From assembly GCA_023645945.1 (NCBI GenBank), contig JALAIB010000002.1:1-64000 (forward strand): DNA of 64,000 bases. Direction: 5' to 3'. The position numbers and the translations under genes are program-made. Below the pieces are notes generated by a model, which saw only the letters and a program-made list of their open reading frames with translations, made no database searches and was not told the origin of the DNA. The stretch is from Diploschistes diacapsis. Taxonomy: Eukaryota. Each line of letters begins with the position of its first letter. Within the stretch, counting starts at the first letter, position 1. Positions 1 to 12,300 of this stretch are shown here, piece by piece.

Positions 1-1
1 C

Positions 2-454
2 GGCGAAACAGACGGCATCGACTACACCTTCACCACCCCCCAACACTTCCAAGCCCTCCTCTCGCAGAACGCCTTCATCGAGCACGCCCAGTTCGGGAGC
101 AACCTGTACGGCACCTCCGTGGCGGCCGTGCGCGCGATCCAGGCCAGCGGCAGAATCTGCATCCTGGACATCGAAATGGAGGGGGTCAAGCAGGTCAAGA
201 AAACGGAACTTGATGCGCGGTTCCTGTTCCTGGCGCCGCCGAGCCTGGAGGAGCTGGAGAGGCGGCTGAGGGGCCGGGGCACGGAGACGGAGGAGAGCGT
301 CAGGAGGAGGCTGGAGAGGGCGGAGGTGGAGATGGAGTTTGCGAGGCAGGAAGGGGTGCATGAGAGGGTTGTTGTTAACGATGAGTTGGAGAGGGCGTAT
401 GCGGAGGTGGAGCGGTGGGTGGTGGATGGGGGCCGGTTTGGGAGTAGGGAGTGA
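2..454 (+). CDS. GUK1: Guanylate kinase, 3' part (5' end outside the window)
   Basis: Frame 2 reads DGIDYTFTT...FIEHAQFGSNLYGTS...ICILDIEMEGVKQVK...FLFLAPPSLEELERRLRGRGTETEES...VVNDELERAY, the typical guanylate kinase motifs; TGA at 452-454. Confidence 0.95.
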   Translation, partial: GETDGIDYTFTTPQHFQALLSQNAFIEHAQFGSNLYGTSVAAVRAIQASGRICILDIEMEGVKQVKKTELDARFLFLAPPSLEELERRLRGRGTETEESVRRRLERAEVEMEFARQEGVHERVVVNDELERAYAEVERWVVDGGRFGSRE

Positions 455-810
455 CGGTTTTCGGGGGCGCTGGGTGTTTGAGGAGCAAGTCAATCAGTTC
501 GAGTGCCCGCGAAAAGGACGGGTAAAAGGAGTTACAGGAATACAAGGGCGTGAGTGGGCGACATTATCATGCGTCGAGGCACCATCCGGCAGCTCGGAAA
601 ATGGTAGAAGAGGTTGTTGTCACAATATCCCGCAACCGAGACATCTACTATTACAAGCACTTTGCTCAGAATCTGCTAGGAAGGACCTCGCCTACACGCC
701 AAACGCGGCAAATATTAATAAAGATATCTTCTCGCTAGCGCTCCAGAAGTACCATCAAAGACAGGGGCCACTGCCAGAGAAGAGCGCCTCACTTGTCCAC
801 ACAAAACCCC

Positions 811-2074
811 TTAGTACCCGTTTATGGTCATCCGCTGCGACTGTCTGCTCAACTCCCTGTCAGCGGAAGGACTGATCGGCCTGCTTCCGGCATGACTCGC
901 CGACGTCTCCTTCAATGCCATAAGTTGCTTCTGGCGGAAGCTTTCATAATGAATATGGCTCGTCGTCTCAATCAGATCCTGCAAGTGCGTCCTGAGTAGG
1001 AAGTCTCGCAGCGCAACAAAATCGCAGTGGTTCTCATCCTCCACGTTGATGACTCCCCATCTATTCTGGCGGCCACGGACGACCCTGCCGTTAATGTTGA
1101 TGTTTCGCTCGGAACCAACAATGGCAAACGGTGTGAGATCCTTCATGTGCGAATTGATCTGGCGCTCTTCGTCGTCGTACTCGCCCTCGTCGTAGGGGAA
1201 CATGCGCAGGTTGTGGAAGGCAAATTCCTCCTTTATGCGCTGCTTGAAGGCCTCGCGCTCTTCGAGAGTCATGGAGTCCGACTTGGCGATCACCGGCACT
1301 ACGTTGACGACGTCGCAGAGCTTTTTGAGGACAACAATATCAATGGGCTTAAGACTGTCGAAAACAGAAGAGTCAACGCTGCAGGCCTAACCAGACAGAA
1401 CGATATGGGTTGTAGCTTACGCGTGACCGGACGGTTGAATGAAGAAAAGGCATGCATGGACTCGAGTGTCTTGAATGTATCGGTCTCTTTGCGCGGAAAG
1501 TTCTTTGCGAAGATATGCGGAGTACTGGTCCTTGATGTACTTGACAATTGGATCCCAACTTCATTCAATTAGCATAGCTTTCACCGCAACAACTCAAGCG
1601 CCTAACCATCTGTCATTGTTGACCTGGTCACCGTAGCCCGGAGTATCCACAATGTTCAATCTTAGACGAACACCATTCTCCTCAATGACTGCGCCAGATT
1701 AGATCGCTAATGCCGAGAACGATCTGCGGGGCTAACCGTGTGAAACACTCTGAATCTCTGTAGTGCTCCTGACCGGCTCGTCGGGAGCTAGACGGCCCTT
1801 TGAATCAATGAGATGGGAAGCGAATATTGTGTTAATGAGCGTAGATTTGCCCAGTCCAGTCTGGCCTAAGCAAGAGTCAGGGGGTGATCAACTTCGTTGA
1901 GGCTCCAAGTTAGTCAAGCTTACCAACACAGATAACGTTGAACTGAAAGCCGCGCTTGAGGAGTTTGCGCTCAATCTGATTTGTGATGCTGTCAAAGCCG
2001 ACATGGCTTTGGGGAGTCACGGGAGAAGGAGACTGGTGTTGTTGCTGCTGCATCATCACGCCGGGTGCAGCCAT
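811..2074 (-). CDS. CDC10: Septin, Cdc10/AspD class (multi-exon)
   Basis: ATG at 2074. Reads [27 protein letters not shown], intron 1866-1923, then QTGLGKST P-loop, [24 protein letters not shown] and HYESFR. C-terminus [23 protein letters not shown] lacks a coiled coil, as in Cdc10/AspD. Confidence 0.93.
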
Positions 2075-2384
2075 TGTGGGCAGGTAACCTGAAAGCAACG
2101 ATAGACACAGACGATGAGCGAATGTCTTGTTGATTGAGCTATCAAAAAGTCGAAAACAACACTTAGGCAAACTAAGAGGTCAGTCAGTTTTGCGAGTCGA
2201 TGAAAGGGGGAAATAATTTGACAACCCGGTCCAAAAGCGTAAACTGGGGAAACCTGCCACTAAGACTGAAGTGGTCAAGCGTCTGCCAAAACTGATCCCT
2301 GTCCCAATTTCTGATAAGTCAGTCTACTGTCTTTCTTCAGCTTGTCTCTGGCCTTTGAGCCTCAAATCTACCATCGTCGTCACT

Positions 2385-2884
2385 ATGAGAATGGCTCTAA
2401 ATGCTTCGCGGCCCTTCGAAGCCCTCCGCGCCTGCATGCAGCAACTGGCGCTCAGCACATCAGCTCCGCGCTTACAACCACTCTCTATATACCCAAGCTC
2501 CTACTCCTACACTATTCCGCGCCTACTTCCTATACTGTTTCCCACTTCCATATCACTTGCCATACCGACGCTTGGAAGTATATGGGAATCGATACTACGG
2601 GCCGTTCCGAAGAAGAAGACGTCTCACAGGAAGAAGCGGCAGAGGTTCCTCGCTGGCAAGGCATTGAAGGACGTCACAGAGCTCAACAAGTGCTCTGCCT
2701 GTGGCAATACGAAGAAGGCGCATCTGCTGTGCCCATACTGTGTGCGAGGTAGGAGTATTTCCTACCCGGTTAAGGCGCGGGAAGCTCACACTTTGTATTA
2801 GAAATTAAAGATATGTGGATAGGCAGAGGGACAAAAGATATTGAAGAAGCTAGAAGGGAGGCGATGAAGGAAAGCAAGGTATGA
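2385..2884 (+). CDS. MRPL32: Mitochondrial ribosomal protein bL32m with presequence; intron 2749-2801
   Basis: WESILRAVPKKKTSHRKKRQR...LNKCSACGNTKKAHLLCPYCV zinc ribbon; spliced C-terminus EIKDMWIG...KESKV*. Start may instead be the ATG at 2391. Divergent from the septin gene. Confidence 0.9.
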
Positions 2885-3164
2885 AGGATGCTGGATTGGC
2901 TATGTTGTACCCAGTACTAGTGAACAATGGCTGGAAGTCGTTTGTCGCTGCATAGCGTAAGGCGTTTAAAGGACTGCTTGATATAGAGCTCCATAGCTCG
3001 GAGATACCACTTCTGTATATCTATTGTACTTTAGAAGGCACATTGTACAAATTTTAGATGTAAATTTTTCAGTACATCACACATGCGAAGCTCGTCATCA
3101 AAGTGCCAGGCAAAACTACTATAACCGAGCTTTCACGTCTCCCCACCGCTTCTATTAGACCACG

Positions 3165-4380
3165 ATGGTAAGCCTGAGGGAAACGGTCCAGAATTGATTA
3201 TTTAACAGTAGGTAGTCCAAACAGTACTTGACCACGTACACGATCGACGACGGTACACATTTCACCTCTCACTAAATATGTCTATTGCTCAACGCCTCTA
3301 GCACACATCACCGATATCTTTTCCTTAGCCGTTGCTTCTGGTCAAATTATCTCGGCCTCTGGTTCGTCTTCCCTCAAAGTCCATTCCACAGACGAGCAGG
3401 AGTTTCCTTTAAAACAGACCCTCGAAAAGGTTCATCGATTAGGATGTCATCATCTCTCGGCTAGCAAAGATGGCCTCAAGCTTGCAAGTACAGGCTTTGA
3501 AGGCCAATGTATCCTTTGGGACTACAAGGATGGGGAATGGAAAGAGGGAGGCAAGATAGTTCGTAAGTTGCATGCTACAGCACCCTGAATAGTCTTACGA
3601 ACTTCAAAGATGGCAACAAAGCTGGTGAGATATGGGCCATCGCCCTGTCGCAAGACGGTAGGTACCTAGCCAGCACGACTTACGATGGCCGAATCAACGT
3701 ATGGGATACCAGTGGGGAACGGCAGCAGATTCAATCGTTCGAGACCAAGGGAAGCTACGGCATGACGATTGATATCGTAAGATGCTCTCACATGTTCCAG
3801 GAAAGGCTCATTTTTCCAGTCTCCTGATGGTACGTTGACTGCCAGCGGCCACCAAAATGGAAGCGTCTACATCTTCAAGAATGAATTGGGCCGCTTGTAT
3901 CACTCCTTACCTGGTAGGTTGCATCATGTGGTGTAATAAACAAGCTTTCTGACGGCTAAGGTCTCGTCAAGCCCGTAAGGGCCGTAGCATTCTCTCCTGC
4001 AGGTAAGTTGCTCGCCGCAGCTGGAGATTCGAAAGTGATAGCCCTGTACGACGTCTCTTCTGGCGAACAAATAGCCAATCTTACTGGCCACGGGGCATGG
4101 ATCTTTTCAATCGACTGGAGCTTCACTGGAGAGTACCTCTTGAGCGGGTAAGCATATACTCGGTTAGCCGTGATTTTGGCTGACGGTATTCAGGGCCTTT
4201 GATGGCAAGATCAAAGTGTGGTCAATCGACACACGCAATTGTGTTGCAACGCATACTGAGACAGACAAGACCATTTGGGCGGTGAAGTGGCTGCCAAAGG
4301 CCACCGGCAAGAGTGAGATGTTTGCAGCAGCCGGTGCAAACCGGAGTATATCTTTCTATCGTGAGGCTACTGGCGGATAG
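3165..4380 (+). CDS. SKI8: Ski8/Rec14 WD40 protein (Ski complex / meiotic recombination); many short exons, absent from the ORF track
   Basis: Manual splicing gives M|SKQYLTTYTIDD|AHITDIFSLAV...VHRLGCHHLS...ASTGFEG...IWAIALSQDGRYLASTTYDGRINVWD...KPVRAVAFSPAGKLLAAAGDS...LTGHGAWIFSIDWS...AAAGANRSISFYREATGG*. Confidence 0.88.
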
Positions 4381-4745
4381 TTCACTGAAGGGTTGCACGC
4401 GTTGTCTGTAGGCGAAGGTCTCCTTAATGATGCACCCATATGAGGAGTGCTGGAAGCTTTGATAGCTAAAATGGACTGCGTTTACACAATGATGGTCTTT
4501 GGAAAAAGGAAAGGGAGACACCCTGATCTTGTGCCAAAGTGCAGTAAATCTCGAGAAACATGTCTCAGGCAGCAGTTGCGCTCAACGGCTATTGTCGATC
4601 TAGTCGGACCATCTCCAAGGTAACAAACGAAATGACTCATTTAAAGAGTCCGTCATCTCGAACGAATCATGGACCTATGGAGGTAGTTGCAGAAAGATAG
4701 GGGTTAAGGGCTCAGGTTGGGGGAGCGTGTATATTAGTAAACGCA

Positions 4746-4823
4746 AAACGCGCTAAGACGGGCGCGAATAACCCCATTAAGTTGTTGCGTTAGAAACGCG
4801 TTCTCCCTGCCCCACGTCGCGTC
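4746..4823 (+). promoter_or_regulatory. Cluster of MCB-like CGCG elements (MBF/Mbp1-type G1/S sites) upstream of RNR1
   Basis: ACGCGT at 4796-4801, plus AACGCGC (~4747), GCGCGAA (~4762) and TCGCGTC (~4817), all within 200 nt of the RNR1 ATG. Confidence 0.7.
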
Positions 4824-4935
4824 TTCTTTAAAGAGGCCTGTTCTGTACCTGCATACCTATCCTTCTCTCTCGCATCTTCAAGAAGCTGTCACCAACCGAT
4901 ACAGACAAGCATCATTTCCTATACCTTCCTTCACA

Positions 4936-7835
4936 ATGTTTGTTTACAAAAGAGGTAAGTCTTTGGTGCTCGCTTCTTTATGTCCTTTGCAACGGGCATC
5001 ACTGACGTTATGTCCTTTACAGATGGCCGCAAAGAGCGGGTACAATTCGACAAGATCACTGCTCGTGTGTCGAGACTTTGCTATGCCCTCGATCCAGAGC
5101 ATATCGATGCGGCTGCTATCACGCAAAAGGTGATTTCTGGCGTCTACCAGGGTGTTACCACCATTGAGCTAGATAACTTGGTAAGCCGCCTCCCGATATA
5201 ATATGATTTTTATACTTATGTGCTCTTCTAGGCTGCCGAGACAGCGGCCTACATGACTGTTACCCATCCAGACTACGCTATTCTTGCAGCACGTATTGCT
5301 GTTTCCAATCTTCACAAGCAGACGAAGAAGCAGTTCTCGTCGGTTATCAGCGACCTCTACCACTATGTCAACCCCAAGAATAACAAATCCTGCCCAATGA
5401 TTTCGACACAGACGTATGAATGTGTCATAAGGCATGCCGAGGAATTAAACTCGGCTATTGTTTATGACCGAGACTTCAACTACCAGTACTTTGGGTTCAA
5501 GACACTCGAACGCTCATACCTTCTTCGCATCAGTGGCAAGGTAGCGGAGCGCCCCCAACATATGATTATGCGTGTGGCCGTGGGCATACACGGTGATGAC
5601 GTTGAGAAGGCCATCGAGACTTATAATCTGATGTCGCAAAAGCTGTTTACACACGCGTCACCTACACTCTTCAGCGCTGGCACACCACAGCCGCAGCTGG
5701 CTTCATGTTTCTTGGTAGACATCAAGGATGACAGTATCGATGGTATCTATGATACACTGAAGACTTGTGCTATGATTTCCAAAAACGCTGGAGGCATTGG
5801 TTTGAATGTTCATAGGATTCGGTCGACTGGCTCCTATATTGCAGGCACTAATGGGACCTCGAACGGTATTATACCTATGCTGAGGGTTTTCAACAACACT
5901 GCAAGGTACGTTGATCAGGGGGGCAACAAGCGTCCTGGTGCATTCGCCATCTACTTAGAGCCATGGCATTCTGATGTCTTCGAATTCCTCGACCTTCGGA
6001 AAAACCACGGTAAGGAGGAGAACCGTGCACGTGATCTTTTCCTTGCTCTTTGGATCCCTGACCTATTCATGAAGCGTGTCGAGAAGAATCAAGAATGGAC
6101 ATTGTTTTGTCCTAACGAAGCGCCTGCCCTCGCAGACGTTTATGGCGAAGAGTTTGAGGCTCTTTATGAAAAGTACGAAAAAGAGGGCCGTGGCCGGAAA
6201 ACCATCAAGGCCCAGAAGCTCTGGTACTCAATCTTGGAGGCACAAACTGAGACTGGAAATCCGTTCATGCTCTACAAGGATGCTTGCAACCGCAAGAGCA
6301 ACCAGAAAAACCTGGGCACCATCCGCAGTTCCAATCTCTGCACAGAGATTATCGAGTACTCCGCCCCTGATGAGGTTGCCGTATGCAATCTTGCTTCTCT
6401 TGCTCTTCCTTCCTTCGTCAACGCTGCGCAGGGCGAGTATGATTTTGGCAAGCTACATGAAGTTTGCCAGGTTGTTGTTCGCAACTTGAATAAGATAATT
6501 AACCTAAACCACTATCCTGTCCCTGAAGCTAGACGCAGCAACTTCCGACACAGGCCTATCGGTGTCGGTGTCCAAGGTCTTGCGGATGCTTTCCTCGCCC
6601 TACGTTTGCCATTTGACTCTCCCGAGGCGAAGCAGTTGAACGTTCAAATCTTTGAAACCATCTACCATGCATCTCTCACCGCGTCTTGTGAACTCGCAAA
6701 AGAACTTGGCGCCTATGAGACCTATGAAGGATCACCCGCTTCTCAAGGTATCCTCCAATATGACATGTGGAACGTAACACCGTCTGACCTTTGGGACTGG
6801 GACGCCTTAAAGGCGGATATTGCAAGCCATGGTCTTCGCAATAGTCTTCTTGTGGCCCCAATGCCAACGGCCAGCACAAGCCAGATATTGGGCAACAACG
6901 AGTGCTTCGAGCCATACACATCTAATATCTACTCTCGTCGGGTGTTGGCTGGAGAGTTCCAGGTCGTCAACCCGTGGCTTCTCAAGGATCTTGTCGACAT
7001 GGGCTTGTGGTCCGACAACATGAAGAATCGCATCATTGCTGATGGTGGGTCGATCCAAAACATTCCGAACATCCCAGCGGAGACGAAGGCGCTTTACAAG
7101 ACCGTTTGGGAAATCCCCCAGCGAAGCATCGTCCAGATGGCTGCCGACCGTGGTGCCTTCATTGACCAATCCCAATCTCTCAACATCCATATGAAAGAAC
7201 CAACTATGGGCAAGATCACAAGTATGCACTTTGCGGGCTGGAAACTTGGCCTCAAGACCGGCATGTACTACTTACGTACAATGGCTGCGTCGGCACCCAT
7301 CCAGTTCACCGTTGACCAAGAACAACTGAAGGTTGCTGATACCAATGTTGCTCGTGTTAATGGTCTGAAAAAGAAAACGACGTCCATGTCCCCCGCAGGT
7401 AACTACGGTGCAGTTCCACGTCCTATGTACGTTCAGAAGTCTCAAGCCGCGAACGCCGTGACCGGCATGCCTACTCCAGACACGACACCGCCAGCCTCGA
7501 CCGAGAACAAGCGGTTTTCCCCAAAGATCAACAAGGCATCCTCAGATGTGCCCGCCTTCCAGGCTGACGCTGAAGAGGGGGATAGTCCCAAGGCCTTGGC
7601 CACCGAGCCATGTAGCACCCCTGACAAGGATGATGCACTCCCAGACCCTGTCATTGGCACTAAGAAGAGGCAGGAAGAAGATATTGAAAAGGAGAGCGAA
7701 GATCGGGAAGGAGACATCTACGCACAAAAGGTGCTTGCATGTAAGAGTATCCAGTATTTCCCATCTACTACAGAAACTAACAACATCTCAGGTAGCATTG
7801 AAAATCCCGAATCGTGCGTGATGTGCAGTGGCTAG
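4936..7835 (+). CDS. RNR1: Ribonucleoside-diphosphate reductase large subunit (class Ia)
   Basis: [24 protein letters not shown]-cone, [18 protein letters not shown] (catalytic Cys), [21 protein letters not shown], and a C-terminal CxxC (SCVMCSG). Introns near 4955-5021, 5181-5231 and 7741-7791. Confidence 0.98.
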
Positions 7836-8303
7836 GCTATACAGTTTGCTGGCGTACCGTTTGGCTTGGGTAGGATATGGTAATGGGTGGTTCACGTTCC
7901 GTGTGGCGTTTGCGTGGTCTTTTTAACGTTTGATGCATTAATCATGTGGCAGGATTGGGTACACTAGCATACCATTGTGTTCTCTGTATCATATCTAGAA
8001 AAGGACAGCAATGATTAGTGGATCATATCCATTTATGTCAGCTTGCATCGCTAACTATACGTATCTCTGTTTCCCTCTTTACAGGGTGGTCAACCTCGGC
8101 CGGGCAGGAGTCTTGGCGTATCTGTAGATGGAATACCACCTTGAGTCTCATGGCACAATGAGTCAGATACTACCTCCAGAGGTAATCAATGACATGTCAT
8201 CGAGCCTGACAAGTGCATCATGTCGGATTCACTAAAACTGGCTGGATTCTATCGTCAATGTCCCCGTGCGCCTTCCTCGTCTGTTGCAATTACCGCCAAC
8301 ACC

Positions 8304-9164
8304 ATGTTCTCCCGTCTCCGGAATGGTTCGAAGAAAAAGCAACCACCACAAACTCGAGCACGGCAAATCCCACCGCCTCCGTATTCCCGCACCTCCTCCT
8401 CTAAGCTCAACCTCAGCTTTGCAACCGTCCCGGAAAATCCACCCCTCTACTTCCAACCCCGCACATACACAGCCCTCTTCCTGTCAAACCCCCACGCTAC
8501 CCCTCCTCCGACATGGAATCGCTTAATGTCCACCTTCCACTCTCCATTCTCCAGGCTCCTCCAACCCGACCCTGACTCCCACCTCGTCGAGGTGTCCGGC
8601 TTGACAAGCTTCCCTTCCCCACACTCTTTCAATGGCCTCACACTCCAGAATGGCGGGGAAACGGAGCGCTGGACTCTCCTCGATGCGACAGGCCGGGAAA
8701 TAGAGGACGTGGAGTCCAAGCTCGCGGAATTGGAATCGGGCCTGTTGGGGGGAGCGGAACAGGAGCGGAGTCTAGCATTTGTGGTGCTGGTGATCAACGT
8801 AGGGGACTACAATCCTCAATCTTTCGCAGGGACGGCCAGGTTCGAGCGAGACCGGGCGCTGCTGAGGATGCTCTGCGCCGACGAGTGGGCCGCGGATGCG
8901 GAGCTTGTGGTGTGTTTGGATGGGGTGGAGGAGACTAGAGGGAAGGATGCTGGGTATGGGTTCTTCAATGCAGTTGTTGCGGGATTCAAGCAGGTGGGGA
9001 GCGAGGAGGGGAGAGAGGTGGGCGCTTATTTCCTGCAGAGGGTGGAGGATGAGGTGGAGATGTCGCCTTGGAGGTTTGTGAGCTGTTTGGCGGCTTCTTT
9101 GAAGGATATAGGAATCGAGATGAAGAGGAAGAGGATCAAGGAAGAAGTAGCTGCGGGGGCTTGA
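8304..9164 (+). CDS. Hypothetical protein resembling a degenerate G-alpha/Arf-like GTPase domain
   Basis: Intronless ORF (ATG 8304, or 8220). WTLLDATGRE / FVVLVINVGDYN / LLRMLCADEWAADAELVVCLDGVEE / REVGAYFLQRVED echo the order of G-alpha C-terminal motifs; no intact P-loop. Confidence 0.55.
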   Translation: MFSRLRNGSKKKQPPQTRARQIPPPPYSRTSSSKLNLSFATVPENPPLYFQPRTYTALFLSNPHATPPPTWNRLMSTFHSPFSRLLQPDPDSHLVEVSGLTSFPSPHSFNGLTLQNGGETERWTLLDATGREIEDVESKLAELESGLLGGAEQERSLAFVVLVINVGDYNPQSFAGTARFERDRALLRMLCADEWAADAELVVCLDGVEETRGKDAGYGFFNAVVAGFKQVGSEEGREVGAYFLQRVEDEVEMSPWRFVSCLAASLKDIGIEMKRKRIKEEVAAGA

Positions 9165-10761
9165 AGGACTACTGGGAAGGTGGAAGGGAGGGTCTCTCAC
9201 GTATTGATGGTGGGTGGGCTTTCACCGAGACTGGAAGGGTTAGTCGGAAGCTGTCGTCAGGCACATCTTCACGGAACCACGGAGGCACAACTATTCTTGT
9301 TCGTATGTACATCCGGAGCCAGCCGAAGCTGAGAACCCCCGACTATTTGGGATCGGATTAGAATATCTACGTGGAAATTAAGCTTGAGGAGGAGACAGGC
9401 TTTAGTGATCTACACATATAGGCCAAAAAGTTAGCCGCGCTTAGTTCATGCCTGGAGTGCACGCGATAAATAAGTTACATAGCAAACATCTCTTCTATTA
9501 CTCTATGTATCCACGAAGAGCCTGAGGGGTGCTTCAAGGTGCTTCAACTCGACTACGAAATAAAACTCAAAGGTCCAGGGAGAGCTTCAGTATCTTCATT
9601 TTGTTACGTAGTTGATCTGAAGCATTCGTCGAGCTCTTGTGGCATGTGGTGATAGAGGTATTTATCTGAACGCTCACCTTTTGATGTTATCCTGAATGTA
9701 TAGTCAGTCACTCGAAGATGGATTCGCGTACACACCTTGATCCAGAAAGCGCTCCCTTTAGCCGAGACGCTTCCTCAGCCTTAGCGAATGCAACCCTACT
9801 AGATCTCTAAGTTTTCTTCCTCTATCGAAGGGGGCTCGCCCTCGTCATTCTTCGTCCTTTCCGCGCTGTACAATGGTCAGAAAACAAGATCGATTGTACT
9901 ATGCTAGTTCCTCAACGAAACGAGGGATCAAATAATGTGTTTAGAGTAACTCCGGATGTGATCTGGATGTTGGATGTGGATGCATCATCATGCAGGGGAC
10001 TAATTTGCCGAGTCTTTAAGCTTCTTATTTACTTTTTCAACATCGCAAAGAATCATGGAGGTACATTGCTGACACATGATATTATTATTAAAAGATCAGC
10101 TATATATATCTCTCGAGCAAGTGACATTTCTCGCGCGCTTTGCTCCATGTGGCGCATCTGAATAATATGTACTCCATGTATCCTCAAATCGAGGGAGTAT
10201 AGGCCGATTGGGCATTCACAGATCAGAGGTAGCGAACGCCGATTCGCCATCTTGTGAAACTTCAAGGCAGAATTACAAGGCAGCAATTATCGCCAAAGAT
10301 TGCAGATACTCCCAAGGCACACGTGGGTGGTATATCCCTTCGAAGGTTGCATTGCCCGCCAGTCTCATGCAATTTGAAAACAAGTGCTACCTTTGCGTGG
10401 TACAAGCGCACACATGGTTATTCATTCGGACTTGATCTGCAGCCATTGGCCAATGCCAGCCATCCATTGGCGATCTGCGATACCTTCTTGGCTTCGCTAA
10501 GCTTTGGCAAACAACTTCTGCTATGCATATGAACACGAGGTTGCCATTCTGCCCCTCCAGGCCTCCAGAGTTGGGCTTTTCTCACGTTATTTACGAGCCA
10601 CTCTAGCCCTCGGGCTGGCAGCTACTGAACTTTAGTCGAGACTAACTTCTTCGAAATAGCTTGCATGTGCATCCAAAGGCCCTCCGAAGGGCTTATATTT
10701 GTGGATACACTTCGAAGACAATTCATTGTAACCAGGAGCCTCCCTAAGCAAAAAGAGCAAT

Positions 10762-12300
10762 ATGGCTACAATCACGGACATGTATGCCACAGGCGACGGC
10801 ATTGAAAGAATCGACATTAAAGGCTTTCAGGTGAGATCAGGCACACTCAAACCATTGTTGCTTACTTTGGCAGGTTATCATCTGGCTCTCGGCAGGCGTC
10901 CCTGTACCATTCCTCCTATACCGGCTTCTACTGCGGATGAAGATATTCAGGAAGCTTTTTATTGACGACTATCTTGTTATAATTGCTTGGTTTATTCTGC
11001 TGGCGTTCGCTATAACTTGGCAGATCTACTCACCTGACATGTATGTGGTTGTCAATGCTTTGACTGTGGTCTTAGTAGAGTCTATCACGGATATACTCTA
11101 TCACACCGCCCGTTTCCAAACAGCATCTGTCATCTCGTGCCTTCTACAGGCATTTGGGCTGTGGTCGATCAAATCCTCCTTTCTGGCTTTCTTCTGGAGA
11201 CTTGGCACCAACGTCCAACACCAGCGAATGATCTGGTGGTCGGTGGCGGTATGGAATGCCGTTTGCTTTGCTATCTGGATTGGGACGGCAGGTTGGAAAT
11301 GCGTCGCCGTACCTGTCCAGGTGGCTGTTGGTAGGCTATTATCCAGAAGCGCTTCCAGATTCGTCGACTGAACTGCGCAGCGACATGCAACAACAGCAGC
11401 GTTGCGGCCTTTTCTCAAGCTTCGATTAAGGTTGAAACTGCTGTTGATATCCTCTCGGATGTTGCGAGTAAGTCAACCCACTATTACTTCGGATAGGGTC
11501 AACTAAGTCGCCTCAAGTTTTGGTAATCCCGGCAACACTGTTGTGGAAGTCTCAACTTCAAATCCGCAAGAAGCTTGCACTAGGCGGAATATTCTCACTG
11601 ACTCTATTCGTTATGGTCGCCAGTCTCGTGCGAGTCGTCATAACCACGAATGGAAGCCAGACTGATGATCTGACCTGGATGGGCGCATGGGCTGGTATAG
11701 AAATGGGTGTTGGTGAGTTCTCCCATCGAGTGAATATGGACGACCTGCCACAAGCTCTTCAGCCAGTACAACGATATCTTCCATCGACCGCCTATGATCA
11801 ACGACATCTTGAATTTTCGCTAAATGTAAACAGCCATTATCGTCTCTTGCCTCTGCTCCTTCCGCACCCTTTTCACGAGCCGAGTCCGCTCCGGACGAGT
11901 ATCCGCTTACGAGGCCTATCGAGCCTCCAAATCTTTCCATTGTCGCGGCCTCCCTCAATCTCGCCAGAGACAGACCCTATATCGTCTTGGTTCGTTCTTG
12001 ACGCAGAATGGCAAGTATGCCGATGCCAAAGCCACGGTCGAACGCGGAGATCGGCACGATGCAGACACACGCCAGCTGCATGAGCTTGACAAGTCGAACT
12101 TCGGAAAGGCGCTCGTTCAGAAACCATGCACGGTGCGAGACGAGTTGGCTCCGGTGTGTCATGGGCCAATGCCGATTCGAAGCATACCCGCTGGTGTGGA
12201 CGCCGATACAGATCTGACGGAGAAGAGCTGGCTGGATATTGAATCGCAAGAGGCGGAAGAGTCGCCAAAGTCACAAAACAAGACCCATGATCAAGGCTGA
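10762..12300 (+). CDS. PTH11-like (fungal rhodopsin-family) integral membrane protein without a CFEM domain
   Basis: Spliced product has RLLLRMKIFRKLFIDDYLVIIAW, WSIKSSFLAFFWRL, DILSDVA, IPATLLWKSQLQIRKKLALGGIFSLTLFVMVASLVR, WAGIEMGV|AIIVSCLCSFR. First intron 10831-10873. Confidence 0.85.

Noticed and set aside
339..875. 178-aa + strand ORF bridging GUK1 and the septin
   Set aside because: Overlaps both real genes out of frame or antisense and has no recognisable motifs.
1027..1572. 181-aa + strand ORF
   Set aside because: Antisense shadow of the septin coding sequence.
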